A DNA stretch of 64,000 nt from Pseudogymnoascus verrucosus (Eukaryota): NCBI GenBank assembly GCA_001662655.1, contig KV460278.1; one strand, given 5' to 3'. Shown here piece after piece: positions 25,441 to 39,049 of this stretch (its first letter is position 1; each line of letters begins with the position of its first letter). The notes under the pieces were generated by a model that searched no databases, was not told the origin of the DNA, and saw only the letters and a list, made by a program, of their open reading frames with translations. The translations under genes were made by a program, and so were the position numbers.

Positions 25441-28400
25441 ATGAGAGCAGTTCTGCCAGGCAAGCCACAGGCCAGGCTGCAAGCTATTTGCACCGGGTAT
25501 TGGGATGGTAGACAACTCGCTGTAAGTAGCACACTTGATTATGCTGAACCATGTCTGATAATTTGCCCGTCACAGGCATATATTACTGGAAATGCATTCG
25601 TTGTCCTCGAACCTCCGACAGCCCTTCTCCAAACGGTGTATGACGAAGACCCATCATTTCTAATAGCTATCGCCTTTGACGAAGCTACCGGCAAGATAGC
25701 AACATGTACCGAGCGTAATGTTCGTATTTACCAGCCGTATGGCCAAAACGAAGAAGCCTTAAAAGTTTGTCGCGACACTGCTCCCAGAAATAACTTATCT
25801 GACTCTTGTTAGTGGTCACTTCAAATCTCCATTCCTGTCGACGATCTAGACCAACCGGTGACTACACTCTCCTGGGGTGGCATTGGCGAACTTCTTGTGG
25901 GGAGCTTGTCTCTCTCGTTATACTCGACTGAAAATGGCCTCGTGAAGCTTTGGTCCAAGGCAGTCGCGAATCCAACAAAATTTGCCTGTCTTTCTTACGA
26001 CTCGGGGTACATTGCTTCAACAGGAGCTCACGATCGACTGGTGAAGCTTTGGAGAAGGTTGTCGTTTGGCTCCGATGATGTACGATTTGACTTGACATAC
26101 CTTCCGCACCCTCAGATGGTGACCGACGTACGCTGGCGACGTCCCTACCATCTTGACCAGACTGTTGATAACGTCTTATACACTGTGTCCGCCGACAAGA
26201 TCCTCCGCATATGGGCTGCCACAGACACCCATGGGCTGCGGATATTTCAGTTATGGGGCCAAATAGACCTCGAGGAGTCTATCCAGCCTCGTTCACTGGT
26301 GCCCGGTAAAACCATGAAATTTCGCTATGCCAGTTTTATCGATGGCCGCGATTTTAGGAAGTCAGTAGAATACTCTGTCCAGGCAGCCAGCAATCCAGGA
26401 GCCGCCCACAATCATGAAGTTGAACACATGGTTGAGGTTGCCAATAGGTCTTCCGAGATCTGTATCATCTTCGATGAACAGGGGAACATGTCGGCGTGGG
26501 GACTAGAGAATATAGGCGGCAAGGCTCGAAAACCAACAGATATTTTCAACATTTCACACGTTGCGGGACTGGAATCGATTCTACCGAAGCTTGAGTCTGG
26601 AGATGACTCCTATATCAGACTGTATACATACTGCAGTAGGACAGATGGCATGCTCAACACCATCTGGCATAACTTTGATGGAACTATCCAGCATTTTAAC
26701 CGCAGCTTAGCCAACTTATTCGATAAACAACTGCGGCCTGGTAGCACAACTCCTAGAGCCATCTGGACGGGTCATTCGCGGCCACTGAAAAAGATGGTTC
26801 GAAATATCAGCGGCCGAGCTGTCGTTTCGCGAACTGATGGAAATGAAGCTATCGTCTGGAGACATGAAGACGACGAAAATGGGGTACCACTAATAGCCCA
26901 AAGTCTAATCGATGTATCAGAACACATACATCGGATCTGTGTGCTACGCCGAGGGGCATTTGTTATCCTTCTCCATCACTCAACGATTTCGCTCTGGGAC
27001 TGTCGGCAACATCGTGGCCAACGGTTGGCATCGTTACCATATGTTATTTCCGGAAGGCCGCTCTGTGTGTTAGTCCTGCCCGAGGTTGAGAGACGCGGTG
27101 ACACTGCTCATATTGCCACTATTAGCTCGGAGATGAAAGGTATTGTCTGGGAGCTACGCTTACCGCCCCGAACAAGCCAGGGCCGCGAGACCAATAGCGA
27201 TGGGTCGACATTCATCAGAGAATTCTGTACGTTTGACTTGGGTGATGCTGATGATCTGGCTTATGTATTACCTGTCGATCCTGCAGGGTCGCCACCGGTC
27301 ACATCGGGATTCCTGGACACGTTCGCGCGGGATGTGGCCATATCTTATACTCACTCCGGGTTCATACGATCCTGGACGGCCAAAGTAAACCTCAAAGATC
27401 AGAGTGTAGACTGGCTTCTTACCTGCTCCGTAGAGACAGGGATTCATGAACCTTCCTTAGCTAGCGGAAGCTCGATCAGAAAGGCTGCGTTGGTAAATTC
27501 AGACCGATCGGAATTGACGATATGGGATGTCCGAGGGGCTCAGCTTGAGTATTCGCAGTCATTCGGATCCTCAGACGGCATTCAAGACCTCGACTGGACC
27601 TCAACTCCAGATGTTCAATCCATCTTGGCTGTTGGCTTCCAGCATCGCGTTCTTCTGCTATCCCAATTGCGATATGATTACCTCAATGAAGGCCCAGCCT
27701 GGACTGCCATCCGGGAAATCAATATTCGAGATCTGACCCCTCATCCTATTGGAGACTCGACGTGGCTAGGCAGAGGCAGTTTACTCATTGGTGCTGGAAA
27801 TCAGCTTTTTGTTTACGATAAAATGTTCAATGTTCCTGCTTCCATCGCTGCAAACCTTCAACTTCCTTTACGGAAGGAAGGCCAGTGGGATCTTTTCGAC
27901 GCCGTGACGCGACTTAATGGGCCTTTGCCGGTATTCCATCCACAGTTCCTTGGCCAGTGTATTCTCGCTGGCAAGTTGACTATGGTTCAGCGCATACTTC
28001 TCACGCTATACCAAACTCTAAAATCCCACTTAGAAGGCGAGCACATTGATAATCTTTTAGGCCTTGACCTTGAAGACTTCTACACCCACCCCCAAAGAGT
28101 TTGCATATCCATCCCCAAGAGATATACGCGAGACTGATTAAGATAGATTAAAACATCGAAAAATGAGCCTGGATCAGCGTTTACCGATTTTTTCCAAACA
28201 GAAGACACGGAGACTTTGACGGAGAACATTGCCATGGCGCTGAACGAAAAACTCACGGCGGTGGCAATTCCCCAGTTGTCAGGGCCACTGCAGATGCAGC
28301 TTGCAGATACCGTCGAGTGTGTCGCTATAGTTGAGAAGCAGCGTCGTTCTATGGATGACAACGCCGCAAGGTTCATGCTTTTCTTCCGTCAGCACGCCCT

Positions 28401-29723
28401 TTATAAAGGTCGTGCGAATGAAGTACAACTGTCGTGGAGAGAAATTAACTGGGCCTTCCACAGCAACAGCCAGGACATATTAACTAATGTTGTTACCCGG
28501 CAATTTCATGGCCGTGTGCTTTGGGAACATGCGCGAGAGAGCGGCTTATTTATGTGGATTACCGATTCCACAGCGCTGGTACGCACCCTAGCCCCGTCCT
28601 ATTTCTAGCCACGAGCTTACAGACGCCCAGAAGGAACAATTCGAGATGATCGCGCGCAATGAATACACAAAGTCGGATGAAAAAAACCCCATTGATTGCA
28701 GCTTATTCTATATCGCGCTGAAGAAAAAGGCTGTCCTTCAAGGTCTTTGGCGAATGGCTGGCTGGAATCGTGAACAGGCGGCCACCCTGAAACTTCTCTC
28801 AAATAATTTCCAGGAGGAAAAATGGAAAACAGTTGCGTTGAAAAACGCTTATGCCTTGCTTGGGAAGCATCGTTGTAGTAAGTGTCGGCGAACCAGTCTC
28901 ATGGATGGATGCTAATCAACACAGTGTATGCTGCGGCATTCTTTTTATTGGCAGACTGCCTCAAGGACGCGGTAAATGTATGCCTCAACCAACTGAAAGA
29001 CCTTCAATTAGCAGTCGCCATTACCCGGGTTTTTGAAGGCGACAATGGTCCTGTATTAAGGGAGCTCTTGGAAGAAAAGGTTCTTCCATTGGCAGCCCAA
29101 GAAGGTAATCGTTGGCTGGCATCGTGGGCATTCTGGATGCTCCGTAGGAGAGACATGGCAGTGCGAGCACTTGTTGTAAGTAATTATTTCTCCAGCCAAG
29201 GTAGAAACTGTTTCACAGTTCTAATTCGCAAAAAGGCTCCTGTATACACATTAATCGAGACGCCCCAAACCCCAGACATGCAGTCGAAATTATACCTTAC
29301 AGACGACCCTGCGTTAATTATCCTCTACTCGCAGCTTCGCCAAATGACGTTGCAGACACTACGAGGCGCTTCACGAGTCACCCCGAAGGTTGAATGGGCA
29401 TTCGTTCTGCACAGCGCTAGGCTTTACGACCGCATGGGTTGCGATATCCTTGCTCTTGACCTTGGTACGTTCATCGAAGCAAAGGGCCTTACTACGTGAC
29501 TAGATATGCTGACAATACAGTCCGCAATTGGAAGTTTCTTCTATCAGACTTCCCCCTTAATTCCTTCAATGACGACATTAATCCACGAACTGCACCATTT
29601 CGGCGTAGAGATTCTTTAATTATTGCAGATCTTCCGCCTTCTAATAATTTAATAGGAAAGGGCTCGTCCAGTGCGTTCGTAGAGCCAGAAGCAAATTCAC
29701 TGCTTGACAGTTTTGGATTTTAA
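25441..29723 (+). CDS. RAV1: RAVE complex subunit Rav1 (WD-repeat regulator of V-ATPase assembly), multi-exon
   Basis: Starts MRAVLPGKPQ; WD repeats; Rav1p_C motifs LDWTSTPD, LNGPLPVFHPQF, ALKNAYALLGKHR and YAAAFFLLAD. Confidence 0.92.
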
Positions 29724-29956
29724 AACTGGGGGGTTCAAATCGGCACAGACCGGCCCAGGACATACTCTTCAATGAGATAAAAATATCTTGCCTCGCATTC
29801 TACTTATTGAAGTACAGTAGCTTCGCTTAGATAAATACACGCCGAATTGTAACCATTTAGTCCCATATGAAGCTCTTGAGACCCCTTCTGGGAAACAAAA
29901 TGCACCTCGTATTAGGTATGTCTAATGTATGGAGTAAATCATATTCAAATACATCA

Positions 29957-32332
29957 TTATAGGTGAGGCACATCCATAGTCGACATGGCTAAGTTTAAGA
30001 TGCTCACAACACCCTCTCCAAGCACAAAGCCACTCGCTACGACGATAAGGGGGGTCTCTGGATTCCTCAGATACGACTTCCAGTACCAACTCATGAAACC
30101 ACCAATTGCTCTCGCAAGGGTAAATGAAGGCACATTGAACATCCCTGCATTGAGAAGTTAACATAGCACTCAATCATGGACAAGTGTATAGGACGTACCA
30201 ACCGCAACAGCAATTCCGCCTGGTATAAGTGGATGCCATTTCTTATCAGTGCCAACAATTCTGGCACATGTAGTTGCTGCGAATACGAGTCCCGTTCCAA
30301 TGGCCCATTGCCATGCCATCGGTGGCAGGCCTTCCCCGGTCACTAGTCTTGCCGTAAAAATCCAAACGTACCCAGTGGGAACTTGAAACAGATCTCCTGG
30401 GACGGGATATACATTCGTGTATAGCTTGTAAATAAGTGCGCTTACAACTGCGCCAACTGCACTCCCGATTATTTGGCCCCAGAATTGTGCTTTTGGGGCC
30501 GCACCTAGGAGGTGTCCTGTCTTCAGATCTTGCATAAGATCTCCAGCCTGAAGTGCGCCCGCCTCAGAGACCGCACCTGCAATGAGGTTAATCAACACGG
30601 AGTTCTTGTTTGACTGTGGAATTATCAGGGCAAAGAAGAGCTGAGCCAATTTGCTGATGCCAGATACTGGATTAAGATCAGTTTCACCCAAGGCTCGGAC
30701 CCCCATAACCGACAGCACCAATGCTATCAGAACAGCTGCCACGGTTGCGTAAAGGGGAACGAGCGCTCCGAAAGTGATTCGAATGCATAAAATGCAGAAA
30801 AGGATCGAGGATATCAATCCTACCCACACAACGCGCCCGCTAACTAGGTGTTCCGGAGGCGCATCAATTTCGGGAAGGCTTTTCAAATCTGCAGGCTGTG
30901 GTGGTGACTGCGGCGACTCCCGGGAATTGGACAAGGTGTCTGTTAACACCGTGGAATCTTGCACGCCGTCAACTGGCACATACCCGGCGCTCGATGACCC
31001 GAAGTTGACAATGTTTCTCCAACCCCCGCCAGCTCTTGCCCTATAAGCTGGACCCAACACGATCCATACATACGGCGCCACCTGTTTACCGGCAATATAA
31101 GCCAGGCTAACAATGGAATCAGCCAGCATAATCGCCAGTGAGACCCAGATGATCCATCCCTTACTCCCCGCTTCCCAGTCATCTATTGGCCCTGGGGCCC
31201 AACCTTTGTGTTTTGCGAGCGGAGATAGAACGGCCCATCCCAGGATGGCACCTATAAGCATGTGTATAGTAGTAGCTGGTCCCATGATAATGCCTTGGCC
31301 GACATAAGCCAGGGAGGGGTTCAGTGTCCACAACCAGTTTTGAGCCAAATTCAAGCCGAATATTGGTAGATTCCGAAGGACGGGAAAGAAGTAGGTGCCC
31401 AAAGTATAGAATCCAGATATTGAAAACGACAATACCAACAGTTTAACGCGTTGCACCCAGCTTCCCTTATCCCAACCCTGGACTTCCTCAATGTCCGTCG
31501 CACTTGCTCTGAAATGGGGAGCCGACGTGGTCGTTCCATCATGTGGAAAACTGGTCGATTCTCTCAGGGAATTTGATGCGTCACTGTAATGTCTGTCGCC
31601 ATCGTCGCCAATCATAAAAGTCGAGTTTCGGTGCTGTGTGCTTGGTTCCCAAACTTCATCTTTGCCATGCAACACGTTGATCATTAGAGCAGTTGCTGTG
31701 CCAGAAGGGAACTTCAGCTTCTCTCTTATGATTACTTGGCGCCTCAATGGTACTGCGAAGACAACTCCGAAAAAGCAGAGCCCCAAGGCCCATAGAATAA
31801 GTTTCCAAAGACTGAGGAACAATGGACCTCCTTCCTCCGGTTTAAGCAGGTAGTTTAGGGCAGGCATCACGCCTACGAACCCACAGCCCAGTGGCATCGT
31901 TCCCATGGATCCAGCCACAGTCTGAACAAGGACATTCTCGACCGGTGTGAACGGGATATCGAGATGTTTGGACAGGGTTTTAAAGAAGGCGAACCCAATC
32001 AGCGATGATGGCATGCTCATACTGCTAATCCAACCAGCTGCATATTCGTTAGCTTTTGAGTATGGAAAACCAAGTACTGAAATAGAAGACCTACTCTGGA
32101 GCCCAAAGTACATATTTGAAAAGCAAATAACTAATCCGACCGCAAGCCCCACCAATATGCCTCGAAGCGTAAAATTTTGAGGTTCATGCCCATGTTCGCT
32201 GAGGAAGCTGAGCTCCTCACTGAGCCGATTCTCCATCCCCTCACCATTCAACTCATCATCAATGACTGGATTATTCAAAGTTGAAATAGTCTGGTATGCC
32301 GGCTCTACGGCTCTCCCTCTATCTGGTGCCAT
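29957..32332 (-). CDS. OPT-superfamily transporter, YSL/YGL114W-like clade (3 exons)
   Basis: Motifs NMYFGLQTGW (after removing intron 32038-32094), ENVLVQT, FPSGTATA, GETDLNPVSG, DLMQDLKTGHL and ASGFVLGEG; many hydrophobic segments. Confidence 0.9.
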
Positions 32333-32552
32333 CACTGTCGTATTCTGGGGGGTTCGAGCGAGATCGTGGGTTTCGCTACAGCTGCATTGGACAAGCCCGC
32401 TCAGATACGTCGGCAAATAAGATCTGTCTTAAAGGATATCCGGAATTATAACATACTTGCACCAGGCCATATTCTAAGTATTAAGAAAAGCAGAATAAAG
32501 TGTTGACTCTTAGCTACCCTGCCACCTCGGATTGCTTACACAATCGTCCCTT

Positions 32553-32567
32553 CTTATCAATCTTATC
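32553..32567 (-). promoter_or_regulatory. Tandem GATAAG sites in the OPT promoter
   Basis: CTTATC at 32553-32558 and 32562-32567, about 220 bp upstream of the inferred ATG. Confidence 0.35.
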
Positions 32568-32830
32568 GACGCCCTAGCGCCCTTTGTTTTAGCGCCTCTC
32601 ACCGCCTTGGCTAGATGACGTACAAATCGACGAGTTCTTCCAAGAGTGTTGTTCCTGTTGCTGTTAACCTCGTCGTTGCACGAATCTTACAAGAATGGGG
32701 ACCTTTATCTAACTGCCTCCTCAATACAAATGACGTTTCACAAGGGGGTTAGGCTGATATAGTATAGAGTTACTTCTTATTTTTCTGTCATTCATTTTTA
32801 CTCAAGTAGTATATAGCATTTGAGCGCCGT

Positions 32831-34564
32831 CTACCTCATCTTCCAGGTCTGAGTCGTGGTCTCCTTGTCTGGTCCACTAGCCCATGAAAACTTGACGTCC
32901 AGCGCTCTGGAATTGTCTTCTGGCACGGCATACTCAAGGCTTCCCTCCAAAGTATCCCCTACTGCAAATGTTTTGCTGCTCTTCGCCCCTTCATGATCTA
33001 TAAACATCACGCCTTGTCTCCAATGCGTCTCTTTGCCGAACGGCCCGGTGGTGAACGCTACTCCCTTCTGTTTCTGCTTAGTCCAGTCCTCCGCTCTTGC
33101 GTCGACCGGAACGGCATCGCTTCCAGATGGCATGAAGAATGTGTCGAACCAGATATCGAACCCATCCAGTCTATCGATATCGCTTGTGAAGGTAGTCTTC
33201 CATGGCCTTGTGAAGACCAAGTCCTTCACCGTAGTTGTGTGGAGGCTCAGCTGGAGGAAAGGAAAGGCGTCGCCACAAATGGTACTGCCCGGCATGTGCA
33301 GGACCTGGGCATCCTCACGGATGCCGGCCATCATCGCCTTCATATCGAAGCCATACACATCCCTCCAGAATGTAAAATGATCCGCTACGTAGTCGGCATC
33401 GGAAACCGGCGCAACCCACATATTCATATGGCTAGGAACCATGAGCCCATCTGGCTTGAGGTACTTGTCTCTGGCCCAGATAACACTGTCAAGCATAGCC
33501 TCGTATAGTAAGCAATAGCCCATCCATTCGCTGACGATAATGTCGACCTTCTCCACCGGCAAAGTTACTTCTTCCACCTTACCTCTCAGGCAAGTAATGG
33601 TATCAGCAAACCCATTGTTGAATATGTTCTCGCGAGCCTTGTCGATGATGTCGGAGTTGTCAACAGCAATGACTCTAGCTGCACCAGCCTTCGCACAGAA
33701 TAAACTGAGAATCCCAGTTCCACAGCCCACATCAAGCACCACCTTGCCTTTGAACAGGTGCTTGTTTTGATATATAAAATCGCGGTATGCATCGGTCCTG
33801 ACGGTGTCCTTCAACATGGTTTCATGAATGTCTGTGGGTTGTTAATTATATGACCCTGTGTTTTATGGTATATGAGACCTACCATTGTATGAATACGATG
33901 TGAAGTAGTGGGAATCATCGTCTCTTTTCTCTGCTGGTGGCTCAGGAAGAACGGCATTTTTATCTGCGGAAGTGTCGTTCCATTTGTCTGTCAAAGTCTT
34001 CTTCACCACACTCCTATAATCCTCGAATTGAAACTGGGTTTTCCGAAGCTCCTCTTCGAGTTCTGCAACGCGCACCAGGAGGTTGCGGTCGTCGGCGACC
34101 GGCTCATCACCTTGCTTGCATGCGGGTGGAAGGTCGTCTAGGTTGAAGAGTAACGCATCGTCTTGTAGGACTGGAATCATGAATTTATCATCCTCGAAAT
34201 CGGCCTTTGCAACGTCTGCCAAAGTAGTTTGCCCATTCCGGACAGCGGTGCGTATGTAATTTACCAGCTTGATAGAACCATAGAAATCTAGAGAGAATTT
34301 ATTTCGAATTTCGAGAAAGTCAAATCCATACTTTTCTTTGCAGTACAAAAGCATAGAAGACACATCGGTAAATACTTTGTCGTCGAATAAGGAAACAATT
34401 TGATCCTGTTCCTCTTCAGGCTCAGCATCTTCCCAACCTTCATCATCTTCGTTCAAGTCAACGTCAGATGTGTCTGAGCCACTATGCGAGGGAGACCTTG
34501 GAGCTGCACTCATATCAGCGGGTTTAGGCGCCTGGCTGGCCGCAAGTTCTGTGGCGTTCTCCAT
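32831..34564 (-). CDS. RMT3: Protein arginine N-methyltransferase 3 (Rmt3/RmtB), 2 exons
   Basis: N-terminal degenerate zinc-finger region (LDFYGSIKLVNYIR), then HETMLKD, VLDVGCGTG, SEWMGY and the THW loop. Confidence 0.93.
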
Positions 34565-35180
34565 TGCCGTTGTGAGAAATCGACCTTTTTATTTTATGAA
34601 TATTCTGGTTGGTGTGTGCATATTTATTTACAAAGTGAAGCGTATTTTTTTTTGGGTAGTATCACGTGCTGATAATAAACTCTGTACCATTGGCTGCCGC
34701 GTTGAAGATGCGCCAATAAGCTTTACCTTATCCGACCCTGAAGAACGCATAGTGATGGCCCATCATACGTGGCGGGTTGGACTGGTATTCAACGTACAAT
34801 TATCATAAAGCTGGCTACGAGTATGTGAATGCTACTTCAATGATGTGTTGTATAGGTGGGGTGGACTATCCAAGGGGTCGCTGTTGCCATCCCGGGAAGG
34901 ATAAACTTTATGGCCGTGCGCTTCAGTGACGTTCCAGGCTCTAATGTTATGGATCAAAACAATATAATAGTCACAGTTTCCAAACAACTCAGTTAATGAA
35001 CACATTCTCAGACTCACTTATATTGAGTATCACTTTGGGTGCATCTCTGACGCTGACACAGAAAGTCTTTTGAGGTTTCACGGCACTCGGCGTAACAAAA
35101 ACATCAGTTATTTATAGAGCTGGCCTTGACTCGAACTGCGAGGACCCCGGGCGCAACACTCGCCAGAGAAAGGGACCACA

Positions 35181-36488
35181 ATGTCATTCCTGTTTGGCAG
35201 AGGCAGGGCGAGGGCAAGTACAGTGGACTTGCCGAAACAGGCAAAAGAACAAATCCAAAGACTAGATGGCCCTGGCGGGGCAGCAAAGGTAGGACTCAGT
35301 CCGAATATGACGACCTGATTAGGGCCGCATACTGATTGTGTGAAGACAGAGGAGCTGTCCAAAACGTTGTTACAGATTAAACTTATACTGCAGGGAAGCC
35401 CAGGTAAGCAGGATGGCTCTCGACCCGGGGGAATGTGCTAACCGTCTATTGTAGAGGCTGAGAGTAGCCCAGACCAGGTTTACCAGCTTGTTACTGGGAT
35501 GATATCGGAAGACTTGCTGTATCTGCTTGCGACGAATCTCCACATGCTATCCTTTGAGTCACGGAAGGATGCACAGAGTATCTTTTCCTACGTCCTTCGA
35601 TTTCGATCAGCAGGCGCATCTCCGAAAAGCGACCCAGTTGCACTTAGCTACGTTATAAGCAACCGACCGGAAATCTTGGTGGCACTTTGCAACGGATATG
35701 AACATAAAGAGAGCGCAATACCTGCGGGAACTGTACTAAGAGAAGTACTGAAAAACGACGCAGCTGCGGCAATAATCTTATACGACGACTCCGGAAATGG
35801 GGGCAATGGTTCGAAAGGCCTAACTGGAATACAACCAGAAGTGCAGCAGAGTGGGAACGGTGTCTTCTGGAAGTTTTTCGAGTGGATTGATAAGGGATCC
35901 TTTGAAGTGGGAGCAGATGCCTTCACAACATTCAGAGTAAGTCTTACCCCCGACTCGATATTTCGGGCGCAAAATACTTACATGTATGGCCAGGAACTTT
36001 TGACGAAGCATAAGCAAATAGTTGCACAATACCTATCGACCAACTTTGACCTGTTTTTTGACAAATACAACAACATCCTTGTAAAATCGGACAGTTATGT
36101 TACGAAACGGCAGTCCATCAAGCTCTTGGGGGAGATATTATTAGACAGAGCTAACTATGCGGTAATGACAGCATACGTGGACCGTGGGGAACATCTGAAA
36201 ATCTGCATGAATTTGCTGCGAGATGACCGAAAGATGGTTCAGTACGAAGGGTTCCATGTCTTCAAAGTTTTCGTTGCAAATCCACACAAGTCGATCGCAG
36301 TCCAAAAAATACTCCTTATAAATCGAGAGCGGCTGGTCAAATTCCTCCAGCACTTTCTCGAAGATAGGACTGAGGATGAACAGTTCATTGACGAGAGAGA
36401 ATTTTTGATCAAACAGATCAACAACATGCCCGCGCAACCAGTGGAACCTCTCCAAAAGCCAGCGTTGCTTGGTTCTCAACAAAGGTAG
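35181..36488 (+). CDS. hymA: Mo25/HymA (Hym1) kinase scaffold, 4 exons
   Basis: Starts MSFLFGR. Motifs FESRKD, YVTKRQSIKLLGEILLDRAN and FHVFKVFVANP. Confidence 0.95.
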
Positions 36489-36974
36489 TGTCCGGGATAC
36501 AGTACTGCTGGTGATAGTCAGTCCCAGTGGAAACTTATTTTATGGACAAAAGATTTTTGATTGCCAATGGGCTATTCCATAATCTTCGACCTTTCTCAGT
36601 ACAACATGGCTCCAAAATAGCCAACGACAAGCGTTCGTCTTTGTGGCGTTTTGGGTATGAGGCGGGTCTCGTATGGCATCTCAAATTCTCTATCACCTGG
36701 GTCTAAAGCTGGCAGGAGACTTGGGATTTGCCGTAGTATACCGTTTAACATGTGCTTAACCTGGCCTCGATTCTGTGACCATGGAGTTATGTAAGTTATG
36801 TAGGGTTGCTTGGGAATGGAAACGGTTCCAAAGTTTCAAGAATATGAGTGATTGCGGTCTGTGGGTGGAGTTTATAAAGATAAATAGAGCGTAATCCGAA
36901 CGAATATCCAGGAATTGTTACAAAGATGCCTGTTAATTAAACGAAATGGTGGAAGCTCAGTCATATATATACTC

Positions 36975-37014
36975 TACTCCGTATACTGAAGTATGGAGTA
37001 TGGAGTATGGAGTA
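36975..37014. repeat. TACTCCGTA followed by a (GTATGGA)3 short tandem repeat, quasi-inverted
   Basis: Read directly from the sequence. Confidence 0.7.
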
Positions 37015-37342
37015 GTGGAGCAGTCGGTTCATTGGCATCTTCTGTCGCGATCTCACTGTCGCGAGCGTCTTCGTCGTCCCATACAAAACGCGCTCAAGGC
37101 TATAGCGCAAACCACGCTAGTCCTACAGCACACTAGTGCATTTCAGGCATTTAACAACCTGAGTAGGACGCGATGCGAAGACACGAGTGGATTCGTAGTT
37201 AAGTGGATAGCCACCGAGGTAAATTGCAGATTTCTATGATCATTTACTGATCTATTGACTCCTTCGGGTTGGACTGAAAGCCAATATTTGACAACGACAA
37301 CTTTATTGTAAGCGCCTACCAACGACCCAGTGCAATTTCGAA

Positions 37343-39049
37343 ATGCAGTCTTCATATCGCTCCTTCCAGCCGCTGGCTGCACAAAATCAAAGGTCTCCAC
37401 ACGCTCCTGTCGCAAGGAAGGGGATTGGTACGTGTCATTCCCTTTCAGTTATATGTTACTCTAGGGTCTACTAGCGTGTATTTCGAGTTAGCCCAGATCT
37501 CTGATGCAGCACATCAACATTGTCCCGTCAGACGTTTGCGCCGAACTATTTCTAGAGGTCCACCCTTGCTAACATCTCTGTTACTTACCAGCCCCAATGG
37601 CAACTGGGCAACATCTCCAGCCGGCACCGAATCAGATGCAAGCCCAGCATGAAGGCCAGAAGCTGGCCATCGAGCTTGCGAAGCGCCGCAGTCGCAAGCC
37701 AACAGACAAGAACATCCCCGAAGGCGTGGAGAGCTGCATAATCGGAGATGGCGCACAGCGATATAAAGAATTGCGCGACGTCGAACGGAAGCTGGATGCG
37801 GCGATGATGAGGAAGAGGATGTATATCCAGGATTCGCGCAATAGCAGCATGAAGAAACACAGGACCCTGCGCATCTGGGTCAGCAATACCGTTGATGACC
37901 AGGAGTGGCAAGGAGATGGATTGGTTGTTGATGCATTCGACTTCAACACCAACTCAAACGCCTCGTACAAGGTGAAGATCGAAGGAAGGCTCCTGAGCGA
38001 TGACGAGGATGATAATGAGGAGGAGGACGATGAGGACTCCGATGACGAGGAAGACAACGCCAAAAAGGGAACCATGGACAAAAAAGCGTTAAGGCCATCC
38101 CAGAACTACGCCCTTTCGCATTTTTTCAAATCAATGACTGTTGATTTCGACAAGAATCGATCAAGGGACGGAGCCGAGCAGAACGTGGAGTGGAAGAAAC
38201 CGGCTCTGCCTCCGAACCCAAGAAGTCTGCCTCCATCAGCGGATTTCGATGTGCTAGAATTCAAGCGGGGAGGAGACGAAAACCAGAATATCACCATCAA
38301 CTTTGTCCGAGACGAGACGCCAGAACGATTCACGCTCAGCCCTCCCCTGGCTGAAATCTTGGATATGAAGGAGGCGACAAGGGCAGAAGCCGTGACGGGA
38401 ATATGGGAATACGTCAAAGTGATGGGTCTTCAAGAGGATGACGAGAAGCGCTCATTCCGATGTGACGATATTTTGCGCCAGGTAAGCACCAGACCGCCTT
38501 CAATTCCTCATTCTCGCCGTACTAACCGATACCCAGATCTTCCAACGCGACACCGGCTACATCCCCAGCATCACCGACGCCATCATCCCCCACCTCTCCG
38601 CCCTCCCCCCCGTCAGCCTCCCCTACACCATCCGCGTCGACCAAGACTTCCACAAGCAGCCCGAGCCGACCGTCTACGACGTGCGCGTCACCATCGACGG
38701 CGCGCTACGCGCCCGCCTCCACGCCTTTAACATGAACCCCAACTACGCGGGCACGCTGCGCGACATCGCCACGCTCAACGACGAGCTCTCGGCTATCATC
38801 CAGGCGCTGGCGCACTCGAAGTCTAAACACGCATTCTTGACCTCGATGGGCAAGGACCCGGCGAACTACGTGCTCAAGTGGATTAGCTCGCAGAAGCGCG
38901 ATCTGGAGGTTATTTGTGGTGAGGCGGCGAGGGGTGGGGGAGAGGATGTGGGTGGGGAGGAGTGGAGGAAGGGAGGGGCGGGGAGTGTCTGGGGGACGGA
39001 AAATGTGAGGGAGAGTGTCAATTTGATGTTGAGCAGCCGGACGAGGTAG
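37343..39049 (+). CDS. ssr3: SWI/SNF-RSC subunit Ssr3/Snf12 (SMARCD/BAF60 family, SWIB domain), 3 exons
   Basis: Motifs RRSRKPTDKNIP, RTLRIWVSNT, SWIB domain LSPPLAEILD..IWEYVK..GLQ, and WISSQKRDL. First exon MQSSYRS.. is joined by intron 37428-37591. Confidence 0.9.

Noticed and set aside
37236..37277. ATGATCA...CTGA resembling a box C/D snoRNA
   Set aside because: Non-consensus C box, only about 40 nt between boxes, and no recognisable rRNA guide.
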